Positions 1 to 9,522 of a DNA stretch of 64,000 bases are shown here, piece after piece; position 1 is the first letter of the stretch, and each line of letters begins with the position of its first letter. Made by a program: the position numbers and the translations under genes. Source of the DNA: an uncultured Bacteroidales bacterium (GTDB lineage: Bacteria; Bacteroidota; Bacteroidia; Bacteroidales; GWA2-32-17); NCBI GenBank assembly GCA_964431135.1, contig CAYSIN010000001.1:5096-69095 (forward strand). Direction: 5' to 3'. The notes beneath the pieces were generated by a model. That model made no database searches. It had not been told where the DNA came from and worked only from the letters and a program-made list of their open reading frames with translations.

Positions 1-1810
1 CTATAGTTCCAGAGGCCGCAGGTGTATATAATTCAGATATGGTATTATTATATAAATTCACTGTGGTACCGTTAGTAACAACTATACCAGCAGAAGTAGA
101 AGAAGCAGCACTTGCGGTTATATCATAAATAGTATTATGGTATATGTTGGATAATGCATTTGTTCCTGATGCACCACAAGTAATTCCTATTATGCTTCCT
201 GCTGTTGTAGTTAAATGATGAATAGTATTATCATAAACATTTTGCATGGTAGTACCATTTCCACCTGCATTAATGGCAGTAATGTTGGCACCATTGGTAA
301 TGTTTTCGATAACATTATTAAATAGTTGATGTGTTCCCATGTTTACAGAAATGCCTGTTATATTACCAGTGCCACCTGTGCAATTTTTAATTGTATTGTT
401 TGAGATGGTTTTAACAGGTGCATTTCCATTTAAACCATCATAATCATAAATGGCAGTAAACACGGTAGCACCTGTAAGGGTTACATTTTCTATCAGATTA
501 TTTGTAATATACTTTGTTACAGTGGATGGTGAAGAAGAATTGGTATAATAAAAATTAACTGTACCACCAGAGCCCGATTTATTCAATAACGACACGTGAT
601 TACTATCTATGACTTGTGTACCGTTAGCGGGTATTGTATTGTTGGATTGTATTACCATTACATTGGCAGTGGTATTTGGAGTGAGATTAAAAATGTTTTT
701 ACGAATATATTGATTTTTTGCACTTCCCAAATGACGAATACCATAAACAACGGCACCATTAGCCACGGTTGAATAAATATCATTAATGGTATTGCCAATA
801 ACGTTATTAGTTATCATATTGTTATAATTATCAAGCATTATTCCATATATAGTTTGGGTGGCAGCACTTTTAAGGCTGATATTATTGTTGTTAAAATTAT
901 TGTTAATGGTAATAGTAGTAGGCAAAGTACCATTAGCGTGGTCATAAATTCCACCCAAAGTGCCAGAGGTATCTGTTCCATTGGAGGTTAATACATTTCC
1001 ATAAATATTCTTGGTTAGAACATTGTTAATGATAATACCATTAACCGATGATGTAAACACATTTATGAATGAAGAAAAATTGCCGGTCAACCCAAACGTA
1101 ATAGTATTGTTTCCTATTTCTAAATCATTAGCCATATAATTGCCCGTTTCAGAGCCCACTAAAACGATACCCATATTTACATCTTGTATAGTATTTCCCG
1201 TTATAACAAGATTGTTGAATGCTCCACTGGCACTGGTAATATCAGATTCTGTAAGCAAATCGGTAGCATTAGTACAACTTGTAGCAAAGATGCCAAAAGC
1301 ATTTTGATAAGTAACACCTAACTGAATGGTGTTATCCTGTATAGTAATATGTTCAGGTCCATCGGTGGTGGAAGTATAAAACAAAGCAACGCCAAATTCT
1401 GTCATATTATTGGTTGATGCGGAGGTAGTTGTATTGGAACTGTTTTCGTTCATAACAAAATGTTGAATGGTAATATAGTTACCACCGATAATTTTAAAAA
1501 TAGCATCATTTAATGTGCCACTTGTCTGAGGTGTAAATGCAGTAATTGTATTGCCATTACCTTCAATAACAATCGGATTTGATGAAGTTCCCGTAGCAGT
1601 AATCGTGTATCCTCCGAGCGTTGCAGTTTGCGGATTACCGGCAGTAAGATTTATGGTAACGCCACCAGTTCCTACCCCTTGTGTGTTTAAGTCAGTGATA
1701 GCTGCTTCAAGGGTTGCATAATCGCTAGGGATGTTTTTTGTCCCTGTAAGTTGCCCAAAGGTAAAAACTACCCAAAGTAACAAGCCTGTAAATAAAAATA
1801 AACGTTTCAT
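1..1810 (-). CDS. Secreted parallel beta-helix repeat surface protein, N-terminal ~603 codons only (gene continues past the left edge)
   Basis: Absent from ORF track because it is edge-truncated. Manual minus-strand translation from ATG 1810-1808 gives MKRLFLFTGLLLWVVFTFGQ (signal peptide). The frame is still open at position 2 (...NLYNNTISELYTPAASGTI). N/T/G/I-rich quasi-repeats are typical of right-handed beta-helix adhesins. No competing >=60 aa ORF is listed for 1-1938. Only both ends were translated codon by codon. Confidence 0.7.
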   Translation of the reverse strand, partial: MKRLFLFTGLLLWVVFTFGQLTGTKNIPSDYATLEAAITDLNTQGVGTGGVTINLTAGNPQTATLGGYTITATGTSSNPIVIEGNGNTITAFTPQTSGTLNDAIFKIIGGNYITIQHFVMNENSSNTTTSASTNNMTEFGVALFYTSTTDGPEHITIQDNTIQLGVTYQNAFGIFATSCTNATDLLTESDITSASGAFNNLVITGNTIQDVNMGIVLVGSETGNYMANDLEIGNNTITFGLTGNFSSFINVFTSSVNGIIINNVLTKNIYGNVLTSNGTDTSGTLGGIYDHANGTLPTTITINNNFNNNNISLKSAATQTIYGIMLDNYNNMITNNVIGNTINDIYSTVANGAVVYGIRHLGSAKNQYIRKNIFNLTPNTTANVMVIQSNNTIPANGTQVIDSNHVSLLNKSGSGGTVNFYYTNSSSPSTVTKYITNNLIENVTLTGATVFTAIYDYDGLNGNAPVKTISNNTIKNCTGGTGNITGISVNMGTHQLFNNVIENITNGANITAINAGGNGTTMQNVYDNTIHHLTTTAGSIIGITCGASGTNALSNIYHNTIYDITASAASSTSAGIVVTNGTTVNLYNNTISELYTPAASGTI

Positions 1811-1851
1811 ATAAATACTATTTAAGTTAAAAAAATATAAAATTCATTTTG

Positions 1852-1859
1852 CAAAGATA
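1852..1859 (-). promoter_or_regulatory. Candidate Bacteroidota -7 promoter box (TATCTTTG)
   Basis: Reverse complement reads TATCTTTG, matching TAnnTTTG, 41 nt upstream of ATG 1810. Confidence 0.35.
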
Positions 1860-1938
1860 ATAAATTTGAATTACAATATCAAAATTAGAAAAAAAATATT
1901 TTTATATGTGTCGATACTCATCTTTTAACCAGTTGGTG

Positions 1939-3192
1939 CTATTCATATCGCAAGGCATCGATAGGATTAAGTTTTGCTGCTTTGGTTGCAGGGAGATATC
2001 CCGATAAAATACTCACTGTAAAACAAAGAAGTACTCCCGATATCATCCAAAACCATGGAACAACGAAAGGACCTTTAATCAGCAATGCTATAATATTTCC
2101 AGCAATAACACCAAGTATTATTCCAAAAATGCCCCCCAATTGTCCAATGTAAATGGCTTCGATAAGAAATTGTTGCTTGATAGTTTGTGGAGTGGCTCCC
2201 ATTGCCTTTCGTGTTCCTATTTCCTGAGTTCGTTCTGTAACCGAAACAAGCATAATGTTCATAAGCCCTATGGAAGCACCTATTAGTGTAATTATTCCAA
2301 TCAATGTAGCAGCAATAGTAACATAACTAATATTTTCCATCAGCATATTGATAAGACTGTCGCTTTTGGAGATTTCAAAATTACTTGCCTCGCCAGCCCT
2401 AAGTTTGCGTATTACTCTGAAAATGCTTTCTGCTTCGGATATGGCAGGGTCAATCATCTGAACATCTTGTGGCATTACATTTATAACAAAACTAGGATTT
2501 TGTAATGATAATTGAGAACGTGCATTTTGAACGGGTATGTAACATTGTTTATCGCCACTGCCGCCAAAACTTGACCCTTTGGATTTTAAAACTCCGATAA
2601 CGGTATAACGCCCATTGCCGATTAATATCTTTTTCCCTACCGGATTTTCGTTGGCAGGAAACATGGTGGTTTGAATTTCCTTACCAATAATTACTACAAA
2701 CGACCCTTGCATTGCTTCCTGAAAGGAAAAATTCCGTCCTTCTTCGATTTCATATCCTGAAACGGTAAAATAATTTTCGTCCACCCCAAAAACTACGATA
2801 TTAGGATTGGACTTTTTGGATTGATATTTTACTATTCCCATGTCTGTGCCTTTAATAGAAATAGCCGCCACAGAAGGGAAGGAATACCTTTCTTTGAATT
2901 GCTGGGCTTCTGCAAAACTGATATTCTTGTATTCAATCCGTTCATGGTCTTGTCCACTTCTTTTCATAGACCAACTGGTTATTCTAAATGTATTGCTTCC
3001 CAGATGACTAAAATTGGAATTTAAAGAACTGCGTATGGCTTCTATGGCGGTTAAAATGCCCACCAGTGCCATAATGCCAATGGCAATAATGAAAACTGTG
3101 AGTATGGCTCTCAATTTATTGGTCTTTAAACTTTGAGACGCTACTCTTAAATTCTCTGCTACCAGTGCACTTCTTTTTAAATGAACTCGCAT
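1939..3192 (-). CDS. ABC transporter permease, MacB/FtsX family (no ATPase partner in window)
   Basis: 417 aa. N-terminal TM (LRAILTVFIIAIGIMALVGIL), a large periplasmic MacB-like domain, then a C-terminal FtsX-type 3-TM bundle (TERTQEIGTRKAMGAT... motif). Confidence 0.85.
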   Translation of the reverse strand: MRVHLKRSALVAENLRVASQSLKTNKLRAILTVFIIAIGIMALVGILTAIEAIRSSLNSNFSHLGSNTFRITSWSMKRSGQDHERIEYKNISFAEAQQFKERYSFPSVAAISIKGTDMGIVKYQSKKSNPNIVVFGVDENYFTVSGYEIEEGRNFSFQEAMQGSFVVIIGKEIQTTMFPANENPVGKKILIGNGRYTVIGVLKSKGSSFGGSGDKQCYIPVQNARSQLSLQNPSFVINVMPQDVQMIDPAISEAESIFRVIRKLRAGEASNFEISKSDSLINMLMENISYVTIAATLIGIITLIGASIGLMNIMLVSVTERTQEIGTRKAMGATPQTIKQQFLIEAIYIGQLGGIFGIILGVIAGNIIALLIKGPFVVPWFWMISGVLLCFTVSILSGYLPATKAAKLNPIDALRYE

Positions 3193-3236
3193 TTTAAAAG
3201 TTAAGTATTTTTTATTTATTCGTAATTTATTTGGTG

Positions 3237-3244
3237 CAAATATA
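3237..3244 (-). promoter_or_regulatory. Candidate -7 promoter box (TATATTTG)
   Basis: Reverse complement TATATTTG, 44 nt upstream of ATG 3192. Confidence 0.35.
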
Positions 3245-3284
3245 CTTGTTTATTTAATGGGACAAATGTTAACTTTTAATTTTA

Positions 3285-4409
3285 TTATTTCGTATGGTCT
3301 TTTATTTTGATAAATGATTTATTGATTTCGTTCATGCGGACATAGTTTTTAAAATGTTTGCGGGTCAATTTTTCTAATTTATCCAGTTCTTCTATACTTA
3401 ATTCATCTATAAAACAGGTAGGGTCTTCGTTAAAAACATCGCCGGTATGATAATAAGCCATAACACGGCAACCGCCGCATGTCCAGTTATATTTACAGTT
3501 GCCACATTTACCCTTTAACGAAGGTCGATTAATTATTTTTTTCATTAAATCTGATTCAAATAGAATTTCTTTTAACGGTGTTTGATATACATTGCCAGCC
3601 GAGATATTATCAGAAAGCAAAGGACAAGGTGCTACATCACCTGCGGGATTGATGCCATAGAAAGAACCCACCCAGCAACCAACCGAGGGTTGAATGGGCA
3701 CTTCTGTAGAAAAAGCCTTAATCCCTGTAATTTCTTCATAATCGTTGGGATTTAGAAAAAAGGGAACAAAACTTACAAAACCATGATACGATTTCATAAG
3801 TGCCGGATGAAGATATTCTTTCAAAATCTTTTTATCAAACATCATTTCTTTATGTGTTGAATGTCGTGGCGAAAAGGGAATTCGATTGTAGGGCAAACTT
3901 TGCTGTATTATTCTTTCAATAGTATTTGAAAATGTTTGACAATTAAAACTTCCCATGGTTACAGAGATATTGGTGTTGATGCTATTTTCCAGCAACAGGT
4001 TCAACTTTTCTTCAAAAAAAGATATTTCACGATAACGAGTATCTTCATTTTCATCGTCAAACGAATTAATGCCTAACGAAATGAGTAAGTTATGCCCCAG
4101 TATTTTTTTTAATTCGGTTATTGTTTTTTGGTTGATAAGTGAACCATTGGACGAGATGCCTATTTTAAATCCCAATTTGTTTGCCCTATCCAATAACTCA
4201 AAGGCATCATTTCTTAATAAAAATTCACCACCGGAAAAATCAATAAATTCAGTACCAAGATTTCTGGCAGGGATTAAAATGTAGTTGATTAAATCAAGGG
4301 TACTTTTATCTTCTTCCCACAATGCTGGATTGTTAGAACCACTCGAGCAATGCGGACATCTGAAATTACAACGTCGTGTTGTCTCAAAATATAAAGTATG
4401 GAAAAGCAT
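3285..4409 (-). CDS. Radical SAM enzyme with C-terminal SPASM domain (peptide/protein-modifying maturase type)
   Basis: 374 aa. N-terminal CNFRCPHC (CxxxCxxC) radical-SAM cluster motif. C-terminal Cys pattern C-x16-C ... CGNCKYNWTCGGC ... DPTC fits a full SPASM twin auxiliary 4Fe-4S domain. Confidence 0.9.
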   Translation of the reverse strand: MLFHTLYFETTRRCNFRCPHCSSGSNNPALWEEDKSTLDLINYILIPARNLGTEFIDFSGGEFLLRNDAFELLDRANKLGFKIGISSNGSLINQKTITELKKILGHNLLISLGINSFDDENEDTRYREISFFEEKLNLLLENSINTNISVTMGSFNCQTFSNTIERIIQQSLPYNRIPFSPRHSTHKEMMFDKKILKEYLHPALMKSYHGFVSFVPFFLNPNDYEEITGIKAFSTEVPIQPSVGCWVGSFYGINPAGDVAPCPLLSDNISAGNVYQTPLKEILFESDLMKKIINRPSLKGKCGNCKYNWTCGGCRVMAYYHTGDVFNEDPTCFIDELSIEELDKLEKLTRKHFKNYVRMNEINKSFIKIKDHTK

Positions 4410-4417
4410 ATTTGCTG

Positions 4418-4425
4418 CAAAATTA
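4418..4425 (-). promoter_or_regulatory. Candidate -7 promoter box (TAATTTTG)
   Basis: Reverse complement TAATTTTG, 8 nt upstream of ATG 4409. This implies a very short leader and a promoter of its own for the rSAM gene. Confidence 0.35.
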
Positions 4426-4483
4426 TCAATTATTCATCACAAATCCTTATTAACGGTAACCGTATTATCTTTTTATAAAAGTT

Positions 4484-7400
4484 TTATTTTTTTATCATAT
4501 TCATATTGTATTGCTTGTTATCCAGCAAAACTTTTACAAAATAATTGCCTTTTGCTAAATGGTGCAGTGACAGGGTTTCCGATATATCTTTTTTAGTGGG
4601 TATGATACATTTGGATAGAACCTTTTGTCCTGTGCTGTTATATAGTTCAACACTTATATTTTTCAACATATATTCTGTTTGGATAGACAGTGTAAAATTA
4701 TTGTCGGTAGGATTTGGATAAAGGGCAACATGGATACCTGCTTCCATATCGGAAATAATAGAATTGGCTTGCTGAACGGTAAAACTCATAACGGTAGAAC
4801 ATCCATTACCACTGGTAACCGTAACCGTATAAGTACCTATGGGAATATTGTTTAAATCTTCGGTAGAAGCACTATTGTTCCAACTAAATATATATGGTGG
4901 AACGCCATTGGTTATGGTTATATCAATAGCACCGTCTGAAGCCGTAGCAGACGAAGCATTGGTAATGCTGGCTATTAAAGTAACCGATGCCAAAACAGTA
5001 ACAGTAATCTGTGATGTATCCGTACAACCGTTGGAACTGGTACCTGTTACTATATAAGTATTGGTTGATGGTGGTGTAAAAGCAATTCCATCCGAAACGC
5101 CATTGTTCCATTCATACGAGGAAGCACCGTTTCCAGTCAAAATTACCATATCACCTTCACAAACGGGGTTAACGCTTGCAGTAGCCGTAACGGATGGATT
5201 TGGATTGACTGTTACAGTATAAGTAAGTGTATCCTGTTGTGAACCATTGTAAGCCACCAGCGTTACATTGCATGAACCCGTTGTATTAAATGTTACGGTT
5301 GGACTGGCTTGTGTGCTGGAAGTAGGCGAACCACCAGAAAAAGTCCAAGCATACGAAGTTGCATTGGTACTTGTATTGGTAAAGGTTATCGATTGTCCTT
5401 GACAAACAGAACTGCTCGAAACGGTAAAGTTTGCAGTGGGAGCATCACTCGAAGTAATTGTTGCTACAACGGGAACTCGTGCACTGGTACAAGGGTCTTG
5501 CTGTACTTGCCAATTATAAAAATAATAGTAATAATTGGTTGCACCTGCTGCCGTATTTCCTGTTATGGAAATCAGATCGGTCACAGTATAGGGATAATTA
5601 GCACCTGCATTATCTCTCCATAAATTATTTTGCCCATAAGTACCCAAAACATATCCTGTACCTGCGGGAACATGGAAATTTAGCGTTACGGTTTGTGTAC
5701 CACTTGGAATATTAACAACTAACGAATCTATAACCATACCATTACTGTTTTGAAGCCAAATAGTTCTGGATGCGGTAGAATTGGAATATACTTTTACCGA
5801 TTTAATAGTAAGGTCGGCTAATACGTCAAAAATAAGACCAAAATTTCCATTATAATTTGTTCCATAATAGTATCCACCGGTTGATGTTTTATTGATAAGT
5901 CCGGCAGCATGAACAGTATGTATTATGTCATTTTCAACATAATACGTTGTAGTTTGCGAGAGCACAGGTGTTGTATAAGATGTTCCCGTTGCAATGGGTG
6001 TTCCTCCTGTTGCAGTAGTGTACCATACAAGTGTGTCACTGCTACTTGCGGTAAGGGTAACACTGCATGGTCCAACACAAGAACCTCCTGTTGCAGTAGG
6101 ACTTGTTGGCAAGTTAATGGTAACATAACTTGTTTTAGTCATGATATTATCTCCAAAACTGTTAGTTGCTTTTAGCGAAACGGTATATGTTCCGCTGGTG
6201 GTATAGGTATGCGTAGGATATTGCAATGTGGAGGTTGTTCCATCACCGAAATTCCAAAGCCATGAAGTGGGTTCGTTGGTAGAATTGTCCATAAATTGAA
6301 TTATTCCCGTACAACTGGAAGTTGTATTGCTACAAAAATTGGCAACAGGTGGTACATCATGTGGTGTACCTCCCTTATAAACAATATAGTTTGCCAATCC
6401 CCCAATCAGGTCACTGCCATAAGAAATATACATGTATCCGTTTATTCCCCAAGTTGAGCCCCATGAATTTCTCATTATCCAATATCCACCACCGTCAATA
6501 GTGGCACTATCGCACCACCCAACCAACACTACGGCATGATTCAGTTCGCTTCCTGTTTCAGTAAAAATGCCACCTGTATAATTTGAAAATGCAGTACTGC
6601 CCGCATCTATAGTAACCCATATTGGACCGTAATCATAAATAGCCTGTTTCATATTGTCATCGGGAGGAATGTAATTTTGGTCTTGCCCTGGTACATCTGC
6701 ATAACTGTCAATGGTTTCGTGAGGAGGATAGCCCGAAGTATTGCAGGTGCCTGTATTTCCTGTACTGTTACATGTTGTAGGACAGTCTGTTTCATATACA
6801 GCACCACCACCTAATGGATTGGCTCCTGTATAAGAGGCTATCCATGCCTGATGAGCACACCATCCACCGTCACAACCGTAGCAATCCTCAGTGTAACAAT
6901 CGGTAACAAACTCTTCGGAAATAGTTTTTGTAACGCCATCTCTAATTTTAATATTGCATTCCAATGTGGCAACAGATGCATACGCCCAGCAATCACCGCA
7001 ATACATTTGATTTTTTATGGGAGTGCAATGTGGACGCCAATCCCAACTGGAAGGAACAGATTTGGTTGTAGAAGTAACATGTTTGGGCAATTCTTTTTTC
7101 TGCGGAAGATAATTGCCTGTGTATTTACCACTGGATATAACCGTTATGGAATAAGTTTGTATGGGTATCGCATTCTTTTCCCAAGGACGTCTTAATTCAA
7201 GGTTTAATGTAGTAGTACCTACCGATGTTCCTTTGTAATGAATAATCTGAATACCTGATTGCCCTACACGATGTTTTCCATTTTTGGAATCTATGAAGTT
7301 ATCGGCAATAAACAAATCATCTCCCACATTTTCAATAGAACGTTGTATGGATTTATCCATTGCATTGGGTGATTCACACCAAATATATCCCGTAGAAGAT

Positions 7401-7546
7401 AATCGTGGCAATTTTATTTCCAACACCTTATCCGGGGACAGATTGATGGTTTGACCGTTATTGTTTTCATGAACGCTTATAAAATTTTGTCCATAACCGT
7501 ATGCTACAATTAAAAGGACGCTGAATAAAAGTAATGCTTTTTTCAT
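4484..7546 (-). CDS. T9SS-secreted multidomain papain-family (C1A) cysteine peptidase with N-terminal chagasin-like (I42) inhibitor domain, PKD/Ig modules and one SprB repeat
   Basis: 1020 aa with a signal peptide. Chagasin loop motifs: SSTGYIW, VGQSG, RRPWE. C1 catalytic motifs: QMYCGDCWAY (Cys), NHAVVLVGW (His), RNSWGSTWG (Asn). Two PKD-like modules (WNFGDGTTS..., WTFSGGSPTS...). One SprB-type repeat (GVPPYIFSWNN...TYTVTVTSGNGC). C-terminal type-A sorting domain (LYPNPTDNNFTL...GNYFVKVLL). Confidence 0.88.
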   Translation of the reverse strand: MKKALLLFSVLLIVAYGYGQNFISVHENNNGQTINLSPDKVLEIKLPRLSSTGYIWCESPNAMDKSIQRSIENVGDDLFIADNFIDSKNGKHRVGQSGIQIIHYKGTSVGTTTLNLELRRPWEKNAIPIQTYSITVISSGKYTGNYLPQKKELPKHVTSTTKSVPSSWDWRPHCTPIKNQMYCGDCWAYASVATLECNIKIRDGVTKTISEEFVTDCYTEDCYGCDGGWCAHQAWIASYTGANPLGGGAVYETDCPTTCNSTGNTGTCNTSGYPPHETIDSYADVPGQDQNYIPPDDNMKQAIYDYGPIWVTIDAGSTAFSNYTGGIFTETGSELNHAVVLVGWCDSATIDGGGYWIMRNSWGSTWGINGYMYISYGSDLIGGLANYIVYKGGTPHDVPPVANFCSNTTSSCTGIIQFMDNSTNEPTSWLWNFGDGTTSTLQYPTHTYTTSGTYTVSLKATNSFGDNIMTKTSYVTINLPTSPTATGGSCVGPCSVTLTASSSDTLVWYTTATGGTPIATGTSYTTPVLSQTTTYYVENDIIHTVHAAGLINKTSTGGYYYGTNYNGNFGLIFDVLADLTIKSVKVYSNSTASRTIWLQNSNGMVIDSLVVNIPSGTQTVTLNFHVPAGTGYVLGTYGQNNLWRDNAGANYPYTVTDLISITGNTAAGATNYYYYFYNWQVQQDPCTSARVPVVATITSSDAPTANFTVSSSSVCQGQSITFTNTSTNATSYAWTFSGGSPTSSTQASPTVTFNTTGSCNVTLVAYNGSQQDTLTYTVTVNPNPSVTATASVNPVCEGDMVILTGNGASSYEWNNGVSDGIAFTPPSTNTYIVTGTSSNGCTDTSQITVTVLASVTLIASITNASSATASDGAIDITITNGVPPYIFSWNNSASTEDLNNIPIGTYTVTVTSGNGCSTVMSFTVQQANSIISDMEAGIHVALYPNPTDNNFTLSIQTEYMLKNISVELYNSTGQKVLSKCIIPTKKDISETLSLHHLAKGNYFVKVLLDNKQYNMNMIKK

Positions 7547-7625
7547 AAAAAATTTATTATCTTCATGAAGACGACTTTATATTTTAATAGGTTGCTTGTA
7601 TAGTGAAATTATTTTTTTACAGTTG

Positions 7626-9215
7626 CTATCTTTTTTTTGATAATGAAATAGCCATTTTTACTGCTTTTTCAGCATTAACAATTCCACCGGTTTTGGAAAG
7701 TTTTGTAAAAGGTATCCGTTTATTATATTCAGATTTAGAAGGAAGTAAAACACGAATTTTATAAATATTAACGGAAGAAAGAATAATATTACGTATTTCG
7801 GATGATGTGAGTTCAGGGAAATAGGACATTAGTAAGGCGGCAATGCCTGTAACCACAGGACATGAGGCGCTTGTGCCATTAGATGCACGAAAACTGTTAT
7901 GAAGTCCAGTAGAAAAAATTTTGACACCGGGAGCAAATACATCCACCGTTTTTTTTCCGTAATTGCTAAACGGAGCAGCCAGATTTTCGTCCACCTTAAT
8001 TCCTGATGCCCCTACATCTATCCATCGTTTAGTCAGAAGTTTGTTATTAATTCCTACAGGACTTGGGAAATGTGGAATTTTATCATTGTTGTTAGATTCG
8101 TTACCTGCTGCATGAATAAAGATAACACCCTTACTTTCGGCATAAGTTATGGCGTCATCTACCATATTTTTTTCGGGTGAATATTGTTTTCCAAAACTCA
8201 TGTTCAGGATTTTTGCACCATTATTAACAGCATATTTAATGGCATTGGCAACATCCTTATCACGTTCATCACCACCGGGGACAATGCGTAAAATCATTAT
8301 TTGAACACAATCGGCAATGCCAAAGGCATTATTTCCATTGTGTCGGTCGGCAGCAATAATTCCTGCTGTAAATGTCCCGTGATTGCATGATGGTCCCATA
8401 ATATCATTATTCCCGTATATTGAATCATTTATATTGAAAGGATTATCGCCAACTATATATCGTGCATCAAAATCAGGATTTAATTCGGTCTTTAATTTTT
8501 TTTCTGTAACAAGAGCCGCATTTTTTATTTGAGCAAGTTCATATCCTGCCTTTTTTGATTGATAATATCGTGAGGCAAAAGTTTTAATCGTGTCGTTTTG
8601 GCATGTGAGCAATGGTTTTAATTTTGATTCGGTAAGCGTATCGGTATGTAAATATTGCTTCAGTGCATTTTCCATACGCGTAACATTTTTAATAACTATA
8701 GTATAATAGGTCAATTCTTCGTTGGCTTCTTTTACACGGTTTTGATAATCATTTCTTATTCTGATGTACAAATCAAACTCCTTTTTATCATTCCCTTTCA
8801 AATGAAGTGTATCAATGTTGTTAAATTTTTTAAACATTCGGCTATACATGCGTGTTACTTCCAGCGATTCGGCATCAATGTTTTGTCCTTTGGCATTACC
8901 TAAGAAATTCCAGCCATGCACGTCATCTATAAAACCATTATGGTCATCGTCTTTTCCATTGGCAGGAATTTCGTTTGGGTTCTGCCACAAAAAATGTTTA
9001 ATATCTTCATTGGTAGTATCTACACCACTATCAAGAATAGCCACAATTACAGGTTTAGGTTTTCTGTCTTTTAATAAAGTATAAGCCTTATGAAGGCTAA
9101 TACCCGCATAGCCATCATCAGTATAATCTTGAAAATGCCAGTTTTGTTGTCCGAAAGAACAAATAGAGCCTATCATCAAGGTTATAAGCATTAACTTTTT
9201 CATCATCTTCGTCAT
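7626..9215 (-). CDS. Subtilisin-family (S8) serine peptidase, secreted
   Basis: Catalytic triad motifs VAILDSGVD, HGTFTAGIIAA, GTSASCPVVTG. The track start 9239 is TTG. The first ATG at 9215 (MTKMMKKLMLITL... signal peptide) lies 11 nt downstream of a near-consensus box TAACTTTA (9227-9234). Confidence 0.85.
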   Translation of the reverse strand: MTKMMKKLMLITLMIGSICSFGQQNWHFQDYTDDGYAGISLHKAYTLLKDRKPKPVIVAILDSGVDTTNEDIKHFLWQNPNEIPANGKDDDHNGFIDDVHGWNFLGNAKGQNIDAESLEVTRMYSRMFKKFNNIDTLHLKGNDKKEFDLYIRIRNDYQNRVKEANEELTYYTIVIKNVTRMENALKQYLHTDTLTESKLKPLLTCQNDTIKTFASRYYQSKKAGYELAQIKNAALVTEKKLKTELNPDFDARYIVGDNPFNINDSIYGNNDIMGPSCNHGTFTAGIIAADRHNGNNAFGIADCVQIMILRIVPGGDERDKDVANAIKYAVNNGAKILNMSFGKQYSPEKNMVDDAITYAESKGVIFIHAAGNESNNNDKIPHFPSPVGINNKLLTKRWIDVGASGIKVDENLAAPFSNYGKKTVDVFAPGVKIFSTGLHNSFRASNGTSASCPVVTGIAALLMSYFPELTSSEIRNIILSSVNIYKIRVLLPSKSEYNKRIPFTKLSKTGGIVNAEKAVKMAISLSKKR

Positions 9216-9311
9216 TTTATCGTGTGTAAAGTTAGACAAATTTTTCTCAGTCTTTCCTGACTAAAAGAATATTCAAAAAATAAACTTTGGTTTGATATGG
9301 ATTACAGCACT

Positions 9312-9381
9312 TAATACCAAACCGCTAACCAAAGCACACTAACAAAATTCATTTCATTTTTTTGTTAGCGGTTTGGTATTA
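9312..9381. mobile_element. MITE-like element with perfect 18-bp terminal inverted repeats
   Basis: TAATACCAAACCGCTAAC (9312-9329) and its exact reverse complement GTTAGCGGTTTGGTATTA (9364-9381). The 66-bp core is flanked by TA on both sides. The interior is related to copies at 32251-32270 and 46809-46828. Confidence 0.55.
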
Positions 9382-9522
9382 TATGAAGAAGTGGCTGCAT
9401 GGTGAGATTGCTTCGCTACGCTCGCAATGACGAGATGGGGCGAATAGTTACAAATAAGTTTTTAAGGGATGACTAGTTATTTGTCCCCCAAATAATAAAG
9501 GTAAATAAATTCCATTTGGTAT

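Noticed and set aside
4069-4596. Track ORFs 4069-4284 and 4285-4596 (plus strand) opposite the rSAM gene and the rSAM/protease spacer
   Set aside because: They are antisense to a well-supported radical-SAM gene, have no recognisable motifs, and cross the candidate promoter of the rSAM gene.
7560-7571. Perfect 12-bp palindromes TCTTCATGAAGA (7560-7571) and CATTCATGAATG (50926-50937) near promoters, as possible shared operators
   Set aside because: At this AT content, roughly two dozen 12-bp perfect palindromes are expected in 64 kb by a rough calculation. The shared TTCATGAA core is also expected a few times by chance. No further copies were seen in comparable positions.
1811-9522. Search for a RiPP precursor peptide gene next to the radical-SAM/SPASM gene
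   Set aside because: The spacers at 1811-1938, 3193-3284, 4410-4483 and 7547-7625 contain no ORF beyond a few codons. The short ORFs in 9240-9522 are translations of repeat modules (e.g. MKKWLHGEIASLRSQ). The RiPP idea is kept only as a low-confidence hypothesis.
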